From: Camelus ferus
Lineage: Eukaryota
Direction: 5' to 3'
Assembly (NCBI RefSeq): GCF_009834535.1
Contig: NC_045696.1
Span: 34,164,001-34,228,000, forward strand
DNA length: 64,000 nt
A program made the translations under genes and the position numbers. A model generated the notes under the pieces. It ran no database searches. It saw nothing but the letters and a program-made list of their open reading frames with translations, and was not told where the DNA came from. This document shows, piece after piece, positions 27,601-41,395 of the stretch. Within the stretch, counting starts at the first letter, position 1, and each line of letters opens with the position of its first letter.

Positions 27601-28502
27601 AGTTAAAAGTAGTCCTTCTCCAAAATCACAATAAATCACTTTCTTATTTTGAAAAGCTTTTAATTAGCCAAAACCCACAGCTTACGCACTGTGAAGGTCT
27701 TCTGGGATGGCCACATATTTATGTTTGTAAATAAAAGACCAGCCTAATAGACCAGCTCATTATAATAATCCCAGAGTGGATAAAAAACAAACTCTTCATG
27801 GGAGAAACATTTAATTGCAGGAGGGAAACCACTGCTTTTACATTTTCAAAGCAGCCTCATCATAATCTGATCTAAAACCAGTCATGGACTGATTCAGGAA
27901 TCACCAAGCTGAGAGCTTTAAGTGAAGCAGAAATGCAGGCCAGGTACAAGAAGGTTAATAAAGATCAAGAGAAAGAAATCTTAAAAATAGGCAAAAATAC
28001 ATTAAATCAATTCAAAACACGGTATTAGGGGCTGTAAATAATAGTTGATCTTCAACATCCTCAAATTTGAAATAATCTGTGTATTTTAAATTTGATAGAA
28101 TTCACGAAATCTTTGGGCAATAACAGTTTCTTTTGTTTCTAACAGGCAGCAGTCAGGTATGGAATTTCCTCAGGCTATTTCTCGTTATTCAGGAATCGCT
28201 TAAACATTCTTTGTAATCTGGATTTTTTTTTTTAAATGTCATCTCAAAACCTCCCACCTCTTACAAGACTGATAAAAATGTGTTTGTCTAAATACATCGC
28301 CTTCCATACTAAAGCCTATGTTATAGAGAGGCTTGGCACAGATTTCTTTGAAAAATGTTTCTTACGCATTAAGAAAAATTTTTAATACTAATTGCAGAAA
28401 ACTGAAAGTAGTTATCTAAAGGTTAAATGGTAGGAGGCAAGATGAGAATCTTCTGTCACCGAGAAGGACCACACATATAAAACTATCAGCAAGGCTCAAG
28501 CT

Positions 28503-28680
28503 TGTTGACTTGATAACAATAACTTGCAGTGAGGCGCCCCCCTGACTCCGACTCGCTCGCAGATGGGCGGAAGCAGAGCTCGGCTCTGCAAAACGTTTGC
28601 CCCGTTACTCCCCGCCCACCTGAGGGACTTCTCACAAACCCCATAGGCACTTCAACTACCACGCTTAAGGGCACTGAGGT
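28503..28680. promoter_or_regulatory. Small CpG-rich promoter/enhancer-like element
   Basis: About 10 CpGs in ~135 bp of non-repeat-looking DNA; GC boxes (gggcgg, ccccgccc), ETS-like cggaag, imperfect X-box gttgacttgataac. Confidence 0.5.
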
Positions 28681-28989
28681 GTTTTATTTTCCCTAGAACT
28701 ATAGTCTCTCTTTTGCTCCACAGATTGTTGTTGACGTTTTATTTTTAGCACTTTGATGTTAGGGAAGTTTGGCAAATTTAGCACCGTTTTCAAATGACTA
28801 CAGAACATAAAATCACTTTTCTTACTGATGTTTTTTAAAGACCTCTGTTGGGATTCAAATAATTGGAATATTTCACATTGATATTTAAAAATAACTTGTC
28901 ACACAAATAGTAGACTTTTCAGCCTGTCTAGTGTGGAGATTTTAAAAAGCAGATTAATTATTATGAAAACTAATAATAAGATATATAAT

Positions 28990-30860
28990 AGTTAAAACAG
29001 ACAATTTGATTTCAAAAATTACAGAAAAGTTCAAAGGGCCAGGAATAGCCAAGACAATCTTGAATAATAAAATTGGAGCATTTATCCTACCAGATGTTAA
29101 ACACTTTGTATAAGAGACAGACAATTGGAAATAGACAATTGGAACAGAACTGAGAGTACAGAATGATGCATAGGGATATATTTACCTGATTCATGGCAAA
29201 TGTGCAAGTACACTCAAGTGAGAAAAGGATGCTCTTAAGAATAAATTCTGTTTGAACTGATGAACATCCATATGGAGAAAAAAGTGAATGTTGATGCTTA
29301 AATGACACAGAAAGCAATTCTTGGATTGTTGACATAAACATGAAAGTAAACAATAAAGCTTTGGAAAAATAAAAGGACATCTTCTCAACCTTGGGAGAGG
29401 CAGAGATATCTAAACAGATCACAAAAAGCACTAAACATAAAGACAAGTGATAAATTGGACTTTATTAAGAACTTATTCATCAAAATACATCATTAACATA
29501 GTGAAAAATCAAGATGCAAAGTTAAAAAAAGTAACTTCAATTTGTCCAATGAAGGAATCATATTCATAATATGTAAAAAAAAAAAATTCTACAAAGCAGT
29601 AGGAGATAAAGAACACAAACAAAATGGAATAGGCACTTCTGAAAAGAAGATCCCCACAAAGTGACAAACATGGTCAATTGACTTTCAAGCCAAAAAAGTG
29701 CCCAGATAATTGAATAGAAAAAGAATAATCTTTTCAATAAGCATTGCTAAAACAAATGAACATTTATATACAAAAAAAAAACTCAATTTTTTACCTTGTA
29801 TGATATAAAAATAATAACTCCAAATGGATAACAGATTTAATTAAACCTAAACCAAAAAGCTTCTGGAATAAAACATAGAATAAAATCTTTGTAATCTTGT
29901 TTTAGACAAAAATGCCTTAGCTAGGTCTCAAAAAGCATCTCAAAAAACATAAAATTCATAAATTGGACTTCATATTTAACACTTGCACACTTCAAAAAAC
30001 ATGGTTACAAAAATAAAAAGACAAGCCACAAAATGGCAGTATTACAAAATACATATTTGTACCCAGAATATTTAAAGAAATTTCATTTGCCAATGATAAG
30101 ACAAAAAAATCCAATTTGACAAAAGAAGATATATGGATGGCAAGCACATGAAAAGTTGTTCAGTATCATAATCCTTAGTGAAATGTAAACTAAAGAAACA
30201 CCAATACAGATCTACTGGAATAACTAACATTTAACCACCGCCAGCAGCAGTATATACCCTGGAAGAAAAATTAGCTTGGAAAACATTTGCCAGTATCTAC
30301 GAAATCAGAACATATATAGATATGTACCGTATATGCCATCATTTCCACTCTGAAAATACACAAATAGATTAGACAGCTAGATAGAGATGTACATTTGTGC
30401 ATCAACAGACATGTGTAAGAATTTTCATACTAGCACTATTTTAATAGTCTATAACTTCAAACAAACTAAAAGTCCATCAACAGTAATGTGGGTAAATAAA
30501 TGTTATATTTATAAATGGAATAGTCCACAGCAGTATAAACAACTGCTGATATGTTCAACAAAATGGACAAATCTTGGAGATATAATATTGAATAAAAAGC
30601 CAAACTCACAAATGTACCTACATATGATTTGGTCAGGTTTCAAAAGAGGCAAAAAGAATGTATGGTGATAGAAGTCAGAATAGTGGTTAACTTTGGAAGT
30701 GGGACTGATAAGTAAGAGTCTTCTAGGGTATTAATAATGTTATTTATTTTGATCTTCTTGGGGCCTACAAAGGTTCAATTTATAAAAATGTATCAATTTG
30801 AACACTTAATAATCTTTGCACTTTTTCTTGTATGTTATGTTTCAATAAAAAGATTACTTT
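28990..30860 (+). mobile_element. Composite old L1 (two ORF2 fragments plus an L1M-type 3' UTR)
   Basis: 'aggaatagccaagacaatcttgaa', 'taaattggactt' present twice, 'aaagaagatatatggatggc', 'gaagtcagaatagtggtta', terminal 'ttcaataaaaa'. Confidence 0.85.
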
Positions 30861-32619
30861 AAAATTATTAATTAGCAAAATCCAGTGCAGAAATATAAAT
30901 CATTATACATTTTTATTTTTTCCTCCCTTTTTTTGAGGGGAATAGTTTCAGCCTTCACAAAAAATATCCATACCTTTAAACAAAAGTATATAACACTGAG
31001 CTAAATTTCATCTGGAAATATACCATAACATCATTTGCTAATTTATACTAGTAAAGGGTAGTCTAATGACTCTTACAGAACTCTGTTTTTGAGTTTGTCT
31101 TTCTTGGTGTCACTATGCCTCACACTGAAATATATTTTAAATAGAGGTGTAATTTTTTTAATTAATTGATTTACTTGAATAAGTCTCAGATAATCCTGTA
31201 CTCTAGATGATCATTTCCCCCCATAGGTTAATACTTTTAAGATAAAAAGCACTATATAAAGTAAATTGTTGTCATAAACTTTATATTTTTATATGACCAA
31301 ATTTTCTTGATGATTTAATAATCTAGTCATGAAAGTTCCTATCTCAAATTGGTTTGATTTCTTAGGGAAAAACAAACCCTCCAAAAATCAAACTATTTTT
31401 GATTTAGTTATTTGTAACTTATATTTTTTTCAAAATTGCCAAATATTTGCCATAAAATTGTTTTTTGCCACAACGTAGTAAACAAACCCCAATGTATCGT
31501 GAGTTACGAGTTTTAGTTTGTTCTTTATCATTGAGTGAATGTAGATGAGCCATTTAATTCCTGCATATCACTTAACTCATTTGAAAAAATGAGAATGGTG
31601 AATGATGTGATTTGTAAGGTATCAGTAAATGTTGGTACAGACAGATCAAGTTAGTCAAAATAGTTTAACACTGGTCTAAATGTAACTACACTGCCTGCAA
31701 CAATTCTTGTGTGTGAAACACTCGCCTTTTGTGATAAAAAGGCAAATGCCCTAAAAAAGCAAGAAATGATAGGCATCACAAAATAGAAATCAAGTATTTT
31801 CTAAACAGCAGCCACACACCTAAACATTCATCCTGAAAGACTTGAATTCAAAGCCCAGTTCAATGTAAATGTTTTCAAATAAATATTAGGCAATTCTTCC
31901 AATTTTACTCCAGTGCAGTATGAAAGTTAGTATTATATGAACTATAGCTATAAAATAAGCAATAAGAAAAATGAGTACCAAAGAAAAAACAGTAGAAGGC
32001 AGCAATTGGCAGAACATAATAGCTATGGAACTTAAGATGGGAAGAACTTGAACTGTGTTCAACTTTCTCAGATGAGTGAGACAAAAGCAAAAAAAGAAAG
32101 CAGCAATTTCCAGAGGTGTTATAGCTAGTTAGTCACAGAGGCAAGATGAGAAGTCTGATAACCTGAAACTCCTGTAATCCCGTCCACATGACATTGCCTC
32201 ATTCACCCAAATAAAACGTCCTTCCAAGTCTTTCCTTTCGGAAGTGTCAGCTCCAACCACGGCAGTGACAACCCCGATTAGCTCATTAGAAGGCCATTTG
32301 GAGGCCACCATTTACTGATAACAAATGACCCCACTTTATAATATTTTCAGTGAGATAAACTCCAGTGAGATACAACCATTTGATTGGATTTATCTTTCAC
32401 TAAGTGATAGATGAAAACCATAAAACGATCTCAATAAAACAAGATTCAAACTTGAAGTTTCAATTCAAATGGCACCTCTTTCTCAAAGTATCAGTTGATC
32501 CTTCCAGTCAGATATTCTCTCTCTTGTCTCAAACCCCATAGCCCATTTGACTATATTTTTTGCCACTTGTCATTATCATTGTATTATGATATGTGATCTT
32601 TCTTATGTGACCTCACCCC

Positions 32620-32744
32620 ATTCCTAACTCTAATGTTTAATTCTTAAGGACAGGAATCATTCTTATTCTTCCTCATCTCTTCCACAGTGCTGCATGGTAC
32701 CTACTAGATATGTAAATGTTTCTTGCTTAAACGGATGAATGAAT
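32620..32744 (+). mobile_element. L2 3' end
   Basis: 'ttcttaaggacaggaatc...cacagtgc...atgaatgaat' L2 tail pattern. Confidence 0.6.
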
Positions 32745-35589
32745 ATATAAATATTCTAGTTTGAACAAAATAAAACAAGGTAAAGGATAGAAATCAACCC
32801 CAACAGTAACACATCTTTTAAAATAATTTGACTAGAAATGGAAATCAACTTCCATTATATCGGTAAAGTGTAATTTCTTAAAAAAACAAAACAAAACAAT
32901 GAAGACAGAATGAAAACTTAAGATTCGATAGAGCTAGGTGGTGGATAAAAGGGTTGATAATGTTATCCTCTCTACTTCTCTGAATATTTAAAATATTTCA
33001 CAACTTAAAAATCTGTGGGACAAAGGCAACACCAGTACAGCAATGTATGCCCAATAACACATCACCTAGACTTACATTACTTGTCTTAAATAATTATTTA
33101 AAAAAACAATGTAGCAATATTCCACTGGTCTGCAGAAAATATATGACATAAACTATACAGAACACAGTCAGGAGCCAACATGCAAAGAGGACCTCTAAAG
33201 AGAATTGGTTTTAGAGATTTTGTGAAATAGAGAGCACAGGTTTACAAGGTCAAAAAATCACTTTCTTCACACATTATCCTACTAAGCTTAGCTACTTATT
33301 AGCTCTTCTAGCTATCCAAAATTCAAAGGGTCAAATTTGAAAAATGGACGCAAAATAAAGGCTAGGGAATTGTAAAATATCTGGGGACATTTGATAGAAT
33401 ATATCATTTAGAGAGCCTTACTAAAAACCCAGGGTGATATTTTGTGATCAAAGTGGTGATACTCTTCTTGGGTGTGGGAGTGAGATCTCAACTCTTTTTA
33501 ATACAATTTTTAAGAATTCAGAAACATAACAATTATATATCAGAAGAAATTGTATTCTTTGTATAATGATGAAAATTTTTAAAATTTGAAAAAAGTGGTT
33601 AGGTTCCACTTACTTGGAACATCATATTTCTTGGTAATTCAACTGAGGTCAATTCAACTAAAAGACCAGTTTTGAACTCCCACTACACGCTTCTGAGGTG
33701 CACCTATGATGGAAAATTGTAATAAATTCTAAAAGATACTAAATGAAAAACCTGTCAGTAAAGCCTGTTTTTGTGAAATCATCTTTATAAGGTATACTAT
33801 TCACATATACAAGTCAATTGAGATATGAAATGTATTTAGAGGAAATGAAAAGACTGGAGAGTTAGAAATGCCTGTCCTTCAAAGGGAGAGGGTTAGAGCA
33901 AGCTTTCTGCAAGAACAGCGTTCTACTCAAAAGCAATAGAATGCCTCTGCCCAGAAAGATCTGAAACAAAGACTCTGATGTTATATCATAATATGCAGCC
34001 CCAGCAGGAGCTTTCAATCAGATGAGCATGACAATCTGGCAAGAGGTCTTTTCCTCTCATTTAAAAAAAGAAAAAAAAAAAAACCCTTGTTCTAAAAGAA
34101 GAGCTGCAATAGCAGGCAGAGTCCTGGTGATTTAAAAAACCTAAGAAAATGACCCATAAAATGAGTACATACATTTTTAGAGCTTTAAGGGTCTTTGAGC
34201 TTCATTCAGTGAAAATACCTTATTTTACAGCTGAAAAAAATGAGATTTGCTGATGATTTTTCAGCTTCAGATATAAGCATGGAACCTAGAGCTTCTGACT
34301 GCCAATCTACTTTGACAGGATGCCTCTCAAAACTTAAAATGCATCCAATAAGTTAAATGAAACCATTTTTCTTGCCTCAATGATGTGACACTTATATATT
34401 TTTGTAGATGACTGTGAAAAAAAAAAATCCAAATAGCATATACCATCAGTTTGGTGTATCCAAGCTTAAAAAAAAAAAAATAACAGTAAATTTCCTAGTC
34501 TAGAATTGTTTCTACAGAACAAGTGAGCATTCTAGCAAGATAAGGCAATTTAGTATAATAGCAGGAAGAAGTTTCCTCTAAATGCTTCACAATTCTTCCA
34601 AAGGTACTAGAGAGCATGCCTAAAACCATAAAGCATCAGACATCCACAGAAAATGGAGGAGTTATCCTGATGTCTCCAATATATTTTACTGACAAGAGTC
34701 AAATAAAAATATATATGAAATTTCATTTCAGTTGAAAAATATCAATTTTTAAAAATTATTCTCATAATAAGATGCTAGTTACTATAAACAAATTCATTGC
34801 ATTTCAAACAAGGGTTTTAGAATATAATATTAAATTTATACAAGGATCTTATTTTAAGAGTAAAGCTACTGTCTATAATAGATATAAATATTTAATGCAC
34901 TGTCATAAATATGATATATTTAAATCCTGAAAATTACCATACTCTGCTTTGAAAATAATTGAATTCATGCTTGAAATGTATGCTTATTGTTTACAGAGAG
35001 AGGAGAGAGCTTTGGGTCTATAGCCAGAAAATCTAGATTTAAGTCCCACAAATGTTATTAAATTGCTATAAAGTTTAGCAATTTAAATTTCTATAAAATC
35101 TGGAGTGGGGGTGGGGGTTGTTTCCTTTTCTGCCAAAAAGAAATAGCATCATCTTCAGGGGTGTCATTAAATCTAAATTAAATTTGCATATAAAACTTTG
35201 CTGAAAAACAATATATACATACAAATCCCTATCCTTTTTTAATATACATTATTAGTTTATATTTATATTGTCTATAAAGAGAGGAGGTTAATGAGTGTGG
35301 CTCTTAAGACCATTTTAATAAGAGTCCAGTCTGATACATGTACCAGGGTAAGAGTCATAAACTATTATATCACCATCTTACTGAAAAGTTTCATAACAGA
35401 AACTCAGTGATTATAATTGCTGATGCAAAAAGAAAATAGCTCAAGTTAAATATGGCAGAATGCCTGAATAATATTTTCTGTTACTTCTACCTAAAAGGAC
35501 CTAGTTCATGCTTTCTTCATCAGAGTTCAGTCACCATGTACTTTTCAGTTTTAAAACCCAATGGCTGGGCCGCTGGTGAGGCTGCATGG

Positions 35590-36480
35590 GCAATGAGATG
35601 TAAATCAACCGTAACTCTTACACTCTGCTGGCGGGACTAGAAATAGGTTCAGCCACTTTGGAAAACTATGTATTAGTAGCTATCCAAATTAAACATATGC
35701 CTACCTATGCCCCAGCAACTCCACTCTTTTAAGTATATCTCCAAGAGAAATAAGGGCAAAATTTTACGAAAAACAAGTCAAAGGGTCTTCATGGAAACTA
35801 TAATCTTAACAGCCCAAAACTAGAAACACAGTAAATGTTCATCATAATAATGAATAATTGAGGTTATACAATAGAACACTACACTTTAGTAAGAGGGCAA
35901 AAATAATGATACATGTGAAAAAATTGGTTGGATCTCACAGATATTATGCTGAGTGTAAGAAGTCAGTCACTACAGCATTCACACCACATTATTCCACCAC
36001 AGGTTGTTAAAACAAACAAACAAAAACAAAACTATCAAACAAAAACAGGCAAAACTCTCTTTAGTTATTAAGTCAAAACCATTAGTGCAAGTGTGATGCT
36101 GATGTGCACGAAAATCAAGGCATGTGTCAGCGGTTTGGACACTGGGCAGCAGACAGAAGGCAGAAAGTTCTTGAAGGGAGTATTAGCAAGGCTGGAAAGA
36201 AAGAGGGAAATCTTTTTGGAAACGAGAAAAAAATGATTCCGTTTATGTACTGGTAGAATAATTAGCAACACTCTGGCCTGAAACAGCAGGGGCTGTAGAA
36301 AGTGGCTGCCCTGGCAGGGGCAGGGAGGGGCTGATTCACTTGGAGGGGACGAGAGCTCTCTAGGATGAGTATTCTATATCTTTGTAGAGCCGTGGTTGCT
36401 TTGGTGTAATTTGTTAAAACTGTACACTTTTGATCAGTATTATTTGTTGTAAATAAATTGGGCCTCAACTTTTAAAAAAA
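35590..36480 (+). mobile_element. L1ME-like 3' region interrupted by a MaLR-internal-like fragment (~36110-36280)
   Basis: 'cagccactttggaaaac...ccagcaactccactc...gatctcacagatattatgctgagtg'; the inner segment 'ggaaac...ttatgtactggtagaataattagcaac' resembles MLT-int. Confidence 0.7.
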
Positions 36481-37203
36481 ATAGAAAAAGATATGTTTTT
36501 AAAATTTTTTTTTTAGAAAAAAAGACTTTAAAAATTATTTTCTAATATGTAATACTGCTATGTGTTATAAAGTTGTGAAAAATACAAAGTACTTATGGAT
36601 TTACCATATGATATGGTTTTCAAATAGCATGAGGCCCCCACCAGCTTAAGTTTGTAAAAATCACATGAGATTTTCCACTTATTTCAGTGCTGAGCCATCA
36701 ACCTCCTTGAATCATCTGTGTTTTTCTATAGTTTCGAATGTGGGAATGCTAGAAAGCTTTTTCACATGTCGGCCACAAACATACGTGAGCCATGTTAATA
36801 AACAACAATCATAAAAAATTTCTTATTCAAAATTTGTTGCCTTGTTTTGTCTTGTTTTGTTTTAATTTGGGCTATTGAGTTAGAACTGTTGAGCTTTCTC
36901 ATAGAATGAAGAGGCTGGTAGGGTCAAAATATCCAAAGAAAAACCTTCACACGTCAGGGTATAATAGGGAATTGACAGACAATTATCTAGACTTGGAAAC
37001 ACACTGTGACACACAGTTGAGCGAACACTGCCTTTCAGGCAAAGATGGCACAATTATCCTACATTAGTAAGACCCAGAACCTTGAAGTTTTCTCATTTTT
37101 TGGATCATCCTGGGATCAAAAAGTACATTCCAGATGTAGCTAATAGCAGTGTTCTCTCTCTGTTTTAAACAGCAGACATTTGAGTGTGCTTGAAGAGCGT
37201 ACA

Positions 37204-37587
37204 TAACATGAGCTAAATCATGTCCTCCCTCCCAAATTTATATGCTGAAGTTCTAACTCTCTATACCTCAGAATATGACTGTGTTTGGAGATGGGGTCTT
37301 TAAAGAGGGAATCGAGTTAAAATGAGATCGTTAGGGTGGGCTGTAACCCCACCTGGCTGATATCCTTGTAAGAAATTAGGACATAGACAGATATACATAC
37401 AGAGCAAAGACCATGTGAAGATACAAGAAGCAGGTGGCCAGATACAAGCAAAGAGAAAGACCTCAACACCTTGACAGCACCTCAACCAGAGACTTCGAGC
37501 CTCCCTGGGACTGTGAGAAAATAAATTTCTTTTGTTTAAGCCATCAGTGTGTGGTACCTTGATATGGCAGCCCTACAGATCAGTGCA
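37204..37587 (+). mobile_element. MaLR solo LTR (MLT1B-like)
   Basis: 'cctcagaatatgactgtgtttggagatggggtctttaaagag', 'ctgtgagaaaataaatttcttttgtttaagcca', 'atggcagcccta'. Confidence 0.9.
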
Positions 37588-37629
37588 TCGCCACATTACA
37601 AAATAACACATTTGGAAATAACTTATTCT

Positions 37630-37678
37630 CTCTCACTCTCTCTTTCTCTCTCCCTCTATCTCTCTTTCTTTCTCTCTG
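37630..37678. repeat. (TC)n-rich microsatellite
   Basis: Direct reading. Confidence 0.85.
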
Positions 37679-38101
37679 TAAATGTCTCCTTTCATAGATT
37701 GTGCAGTTTGGGATGAGCCACACTGATGTGAGTGGAATGCGAGTTAGGCGACTGAACCAGCAGATGACTTCCGTGCAATGCTGGGAGCAAGACCCCAGAG
37801 ACCTCCTCTTTCTATAAGCAAAGGAAATTCCACTCATTTGACAAGCATTTGAATCACCCTCACATGCCTTCCTCGGATTTGTTTTTAATTTTGTCAAAAG
37901 CTTAGCCTTCTTGGGCCTTCTTTGATAGTCTAAAAATATTAGCATCATATATTTTAAAACATTATAGAATTTAGAAATTGGGTGAGATAAGTCAGGGGAG
38001 CAGGAAGAACACAGTACCCAGAAATCAGACTCACCAGTCCGTAGGTGAACTAGTCGCCCGAGGTTGGACAATTTGCTTGTTTAGGGCAGTTATCCTTTGT
38101 A

Positions 38102-38430
38102 TCAGTGATTCACAAACATGACCTGAATTAACATTACTCTGGAGAACTTTTTAAACAATCAGGTGTCTGGGGCCTACACCTTCCCCCGATTCTCAAACTT
38201 GTCTGGACATTGGAATCATCTGGCAGACTTTTAAAAATTGTGATATCTAGACCCCCATCCTCCAGAGCTTCTGATTTAATTGGTTTGGAATGTTGCTTTC
38301 ACATTGGGAGTTTTTAAAGCACCCTCCTTCAAATATGATATCCTTTGCCCTTGACAGTGGGATTTAACTGGTCTCAGGAAAAGCCTGGGCACTGGTATGT
38401 TTTAATTTGCCTGGTGATTCCGATGCACAT
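38102..38430. mobile_element. Nested MER5-type hAT elements
   Basis: Two MER5-like starts ('cagtgattcacaaac' at 38102, 'gattctcaaactt' near 38188) and two MER5-like 3' halves. Confidence 0.65.
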
Positions 38431-39429
38431 TAATTCCCATGGTGATGCCCAGGCACAACCTGAGGATGCAAAGTTTAAATAATGCTCCTTTCAGCTTTAG
38501 ATCGTGCAATTTTTTTGACTTTTTGTGAGATACATGGTACTGATGATACATCTCAAAGCATTCTTTTTTATATTTAAACAAGGTTACTTACTCCTAAGCT
38601 CATTAACTAATTGTAGAGAGTATGAATTTTTAGTTCTCCTGTGAGTCAAACACCTTTCGAGCGTTTTCCAAGTGTGTCTAAGCCAGGAGAGAGGCTCTGT
38701 ATGAAACTGGGAAGGAAACTGGGTTACCATCTCAATCCCAGCTGTATGATGGATGCAATTATTTCAGGAAGGAACACATGCAAAGATGAAGGCACAAAAC
38801 ATAATTGCTTCATGATAGTAATTTAGTTTCCTAGGGTAAGGATTCAAACCAGTATCTCCATTAGTCTAACAGCAATTACATAGTTTTCCCTCTCATTCGC
38901 TTCTTTCACGCTTTTCTTATATTTGAAGCTTTCTAAAGGGTATTTGAGTGATCTAACATTAACCACCCGCACACTGTTCACCACTGTTATTAGCACAGTG
39001 GATGAGCTTTACAACTTAGTGAAGCTCCAAGAAGCATTATTACCAATTTTCTTTAAAAGTGCCTCTGAATCATTTGCCATCTTTCGATTTATATCCCAGG
39101 CAGAATTATTTTCAAGTGACCTTTTAGTGTCTTGTACTTACATTTAAAAATGACTACAACTAGTGATATGATGAAAATGGACCTTGAACCTTGAAGTGTT
39201 ACATTTCAGTTTACATAAATTCACAAAAGATTAGAAGACATACTGTGACAAGGGGAAATGTAATAGTGGAATAAAGCCCTACTTTGAGGTCCCCCAAACA
39301 ACTATATACGTATCAGAAGGGAATTAGGTGAAGGAAGGGGAGGGAGCCAGTTTATAAACATTAATGAGAAAACTTACTAGTTTTGATTGAATGAAAGATA
39401 CAAGTCCATATATAGCTTCTATAAAATGA

Positions 39430-39890
39430 ATTATGTTAGTCTGTATGAATAGAAAATGTCTAGAATTGAGGAGGTAGTCTTTCTGCTCAATATATTACTT
39501 ACCAAATCAAACTTACAGTATTACAGTAAGTTCTGAAAAACACTTCACCGTGTTAGTAAACACACATCCTTCTGTTAGATAATAGTAACCAAACAAAATG
39601 AATCCAGCTGGAGAGCAACCAACCGTGCCAATTTTGGAAAAGTTGAAAGAAAAGTGAAAAGAGAATCACACTGTGTGATCAAAATGCCATAAAAAGACCT
39701 ACATGTAATTAACAGAAGGCATACTGTGAACCAAAATAAAGTAAAGCATCTATGAGTCTGCACTTGAGAACTCAATGAGGCCCCATCATTAATCACTAGA
39801 GTTGTTTATGCATAGGCTGAAAGACATATGATAGGGAAACTATAGAAGAGATTTATGTAGAGATAGGGTTAGGCTGGTGACAAGGTAATA
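39430..39890 (+). mobile_element. L3/CR1 3' region remnant
   Basis: 'gtctagaattgaggaggtagtc...gtaagttctg' and 'atcactagagttgtttatgcataggctg...gggttaggctggtgac' follow the L3 3' pattern. Confidence 0.6.
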
Positions 39891-40475
39891 CTACAAGGTG
39901 AAATAACACTCTAAAATGAGCTGATTTGTTTAAAAATTAATGTAACTCTAACTCTGAATGTGTTTAGCGCATTGGTAGAAGTAGACAGAAACACTGAGGA
40001 TAGGGAGGTATTTGGGGCTGGGCAACTGTATCCCAACCAAGAAATATCCTGGGAATATAGCAGGCACCTTTTTATTTCTTTTTTGAATGACAAGGTATAT
40101 AAACATCACCACACTTCTGTGATTCCACAGTCTAGTGTAATAGCAATAGTTTTAAAATTATGGGAATATAAAAATCACCTGTTACCCAACTAGTCCTTTC
40201 TGAGTGTCCAACCACCAAATGCCCCAAATACAAACGCTTAATGCCCCAAATACAAAAGTAACTTCTCTTTATAACATTAAAATAGCTTTTCTTAGTTTTT
40301 TTTTCCATTAAGACCTTTGAGAATTGCTATTGACCAAGTGATTTTTTTTGAGAAAGGCATCATTTTAATACCAACCCTTCCATTAGCAACAGAGTGTTCT
40401 AAAACAGCTGGTTCTTAGCTTAAAAAAAATCTTATTTCAAAGACAATGAATTTCTTCTCCTAAACTTCAGAAAAC

Positions 40476-40536
40476 TGGAATTTGACACAACATTGTAAAA
40501 TGATTATAAATCAATAAAAAATGTTAAAAAAAAAAA
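40476..40536 (+). mobile_element. Very short young L1 3' terminus with poly(A)
   Basis: 'aatttgacacaacattgtaaaatgattataaatcaataaaaaatgttaaaaaaaaaa' resembles the ends of the other young L1 copies here. Confidence 0.8.
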
Positions 40537-41395
40537 GAAGGTGGGAAAATATTCCATTTACCATAACACATTTTATAAAAACGGACAATAGGGAAAGATT
40601 GAATTTTCCTGTACTAATTTATTAGGTAGACTTTAGCACATTTAAGCTCACAGAAGATTGGAATCCCTTCTTATTTTCTCCAAATCTCCAGACCTGGAGA
40701 GAGAAAATTAAAACAATACAGATTCCTAAAGAAAGAATTAGTCTCTGATGCTCAGAGAGGTGAATAACAAGTCGGTCATGTGACAGTCTGTGTGAAGACT
40801 TGATTTCATCTTGCCTTTTTATTCCTGGGCCTTTGTTGAGTGCTTATTACATATTAGCTATTTGCTGAATGTTAATATAAATTCATAATTTATTTTTACA
40901 CTAATAAGGCCATAATGAGTGGCAGATTTCCATATTTTTATTAAAACTAATTGTCATAAAATGTTAGAAAAGTCCTGAGAGATTATTTTATACAATTTTT
41001 CATATGGGGACCAGAAGAGTTCAACTAATTCAGCAATTATTTACTGCATAGACACTATTCAAAGCGTATTTGACGTCCCAGAGGTAAGTGACTTGTTTTA
41101 AAAGTATTTAAATTAATTGTACTTGTGCAGCCTGCATTCTGGGAGAGAAACAGACAATAAATGAACAAACAAGTAAATGCTCAAGACATTATTTGATAAT
41201 GATAATTGTCATGAATAAGATAAGCTAAATAATTTGCTCAAATTCACTCCAGTTGTAGACCTGAACTTGAGCCACGGTCTTCTGTGTCTCAGTCCAATGA
41301 TATGTTGACTAACAACTACATCCTACCTCTAAATCAAGTACAGTTTTTATGGAACTAAATTGAAGTCATTATTCAAGGTAGCAACTGAGCAACAG

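Noticed and set aside
37580..38071. Longest ORF (163 aa, minus strand)
   Set aside because: Runs through a (TC)n repeat and a MIR-like piece; non-ATG start and no homology recognised.
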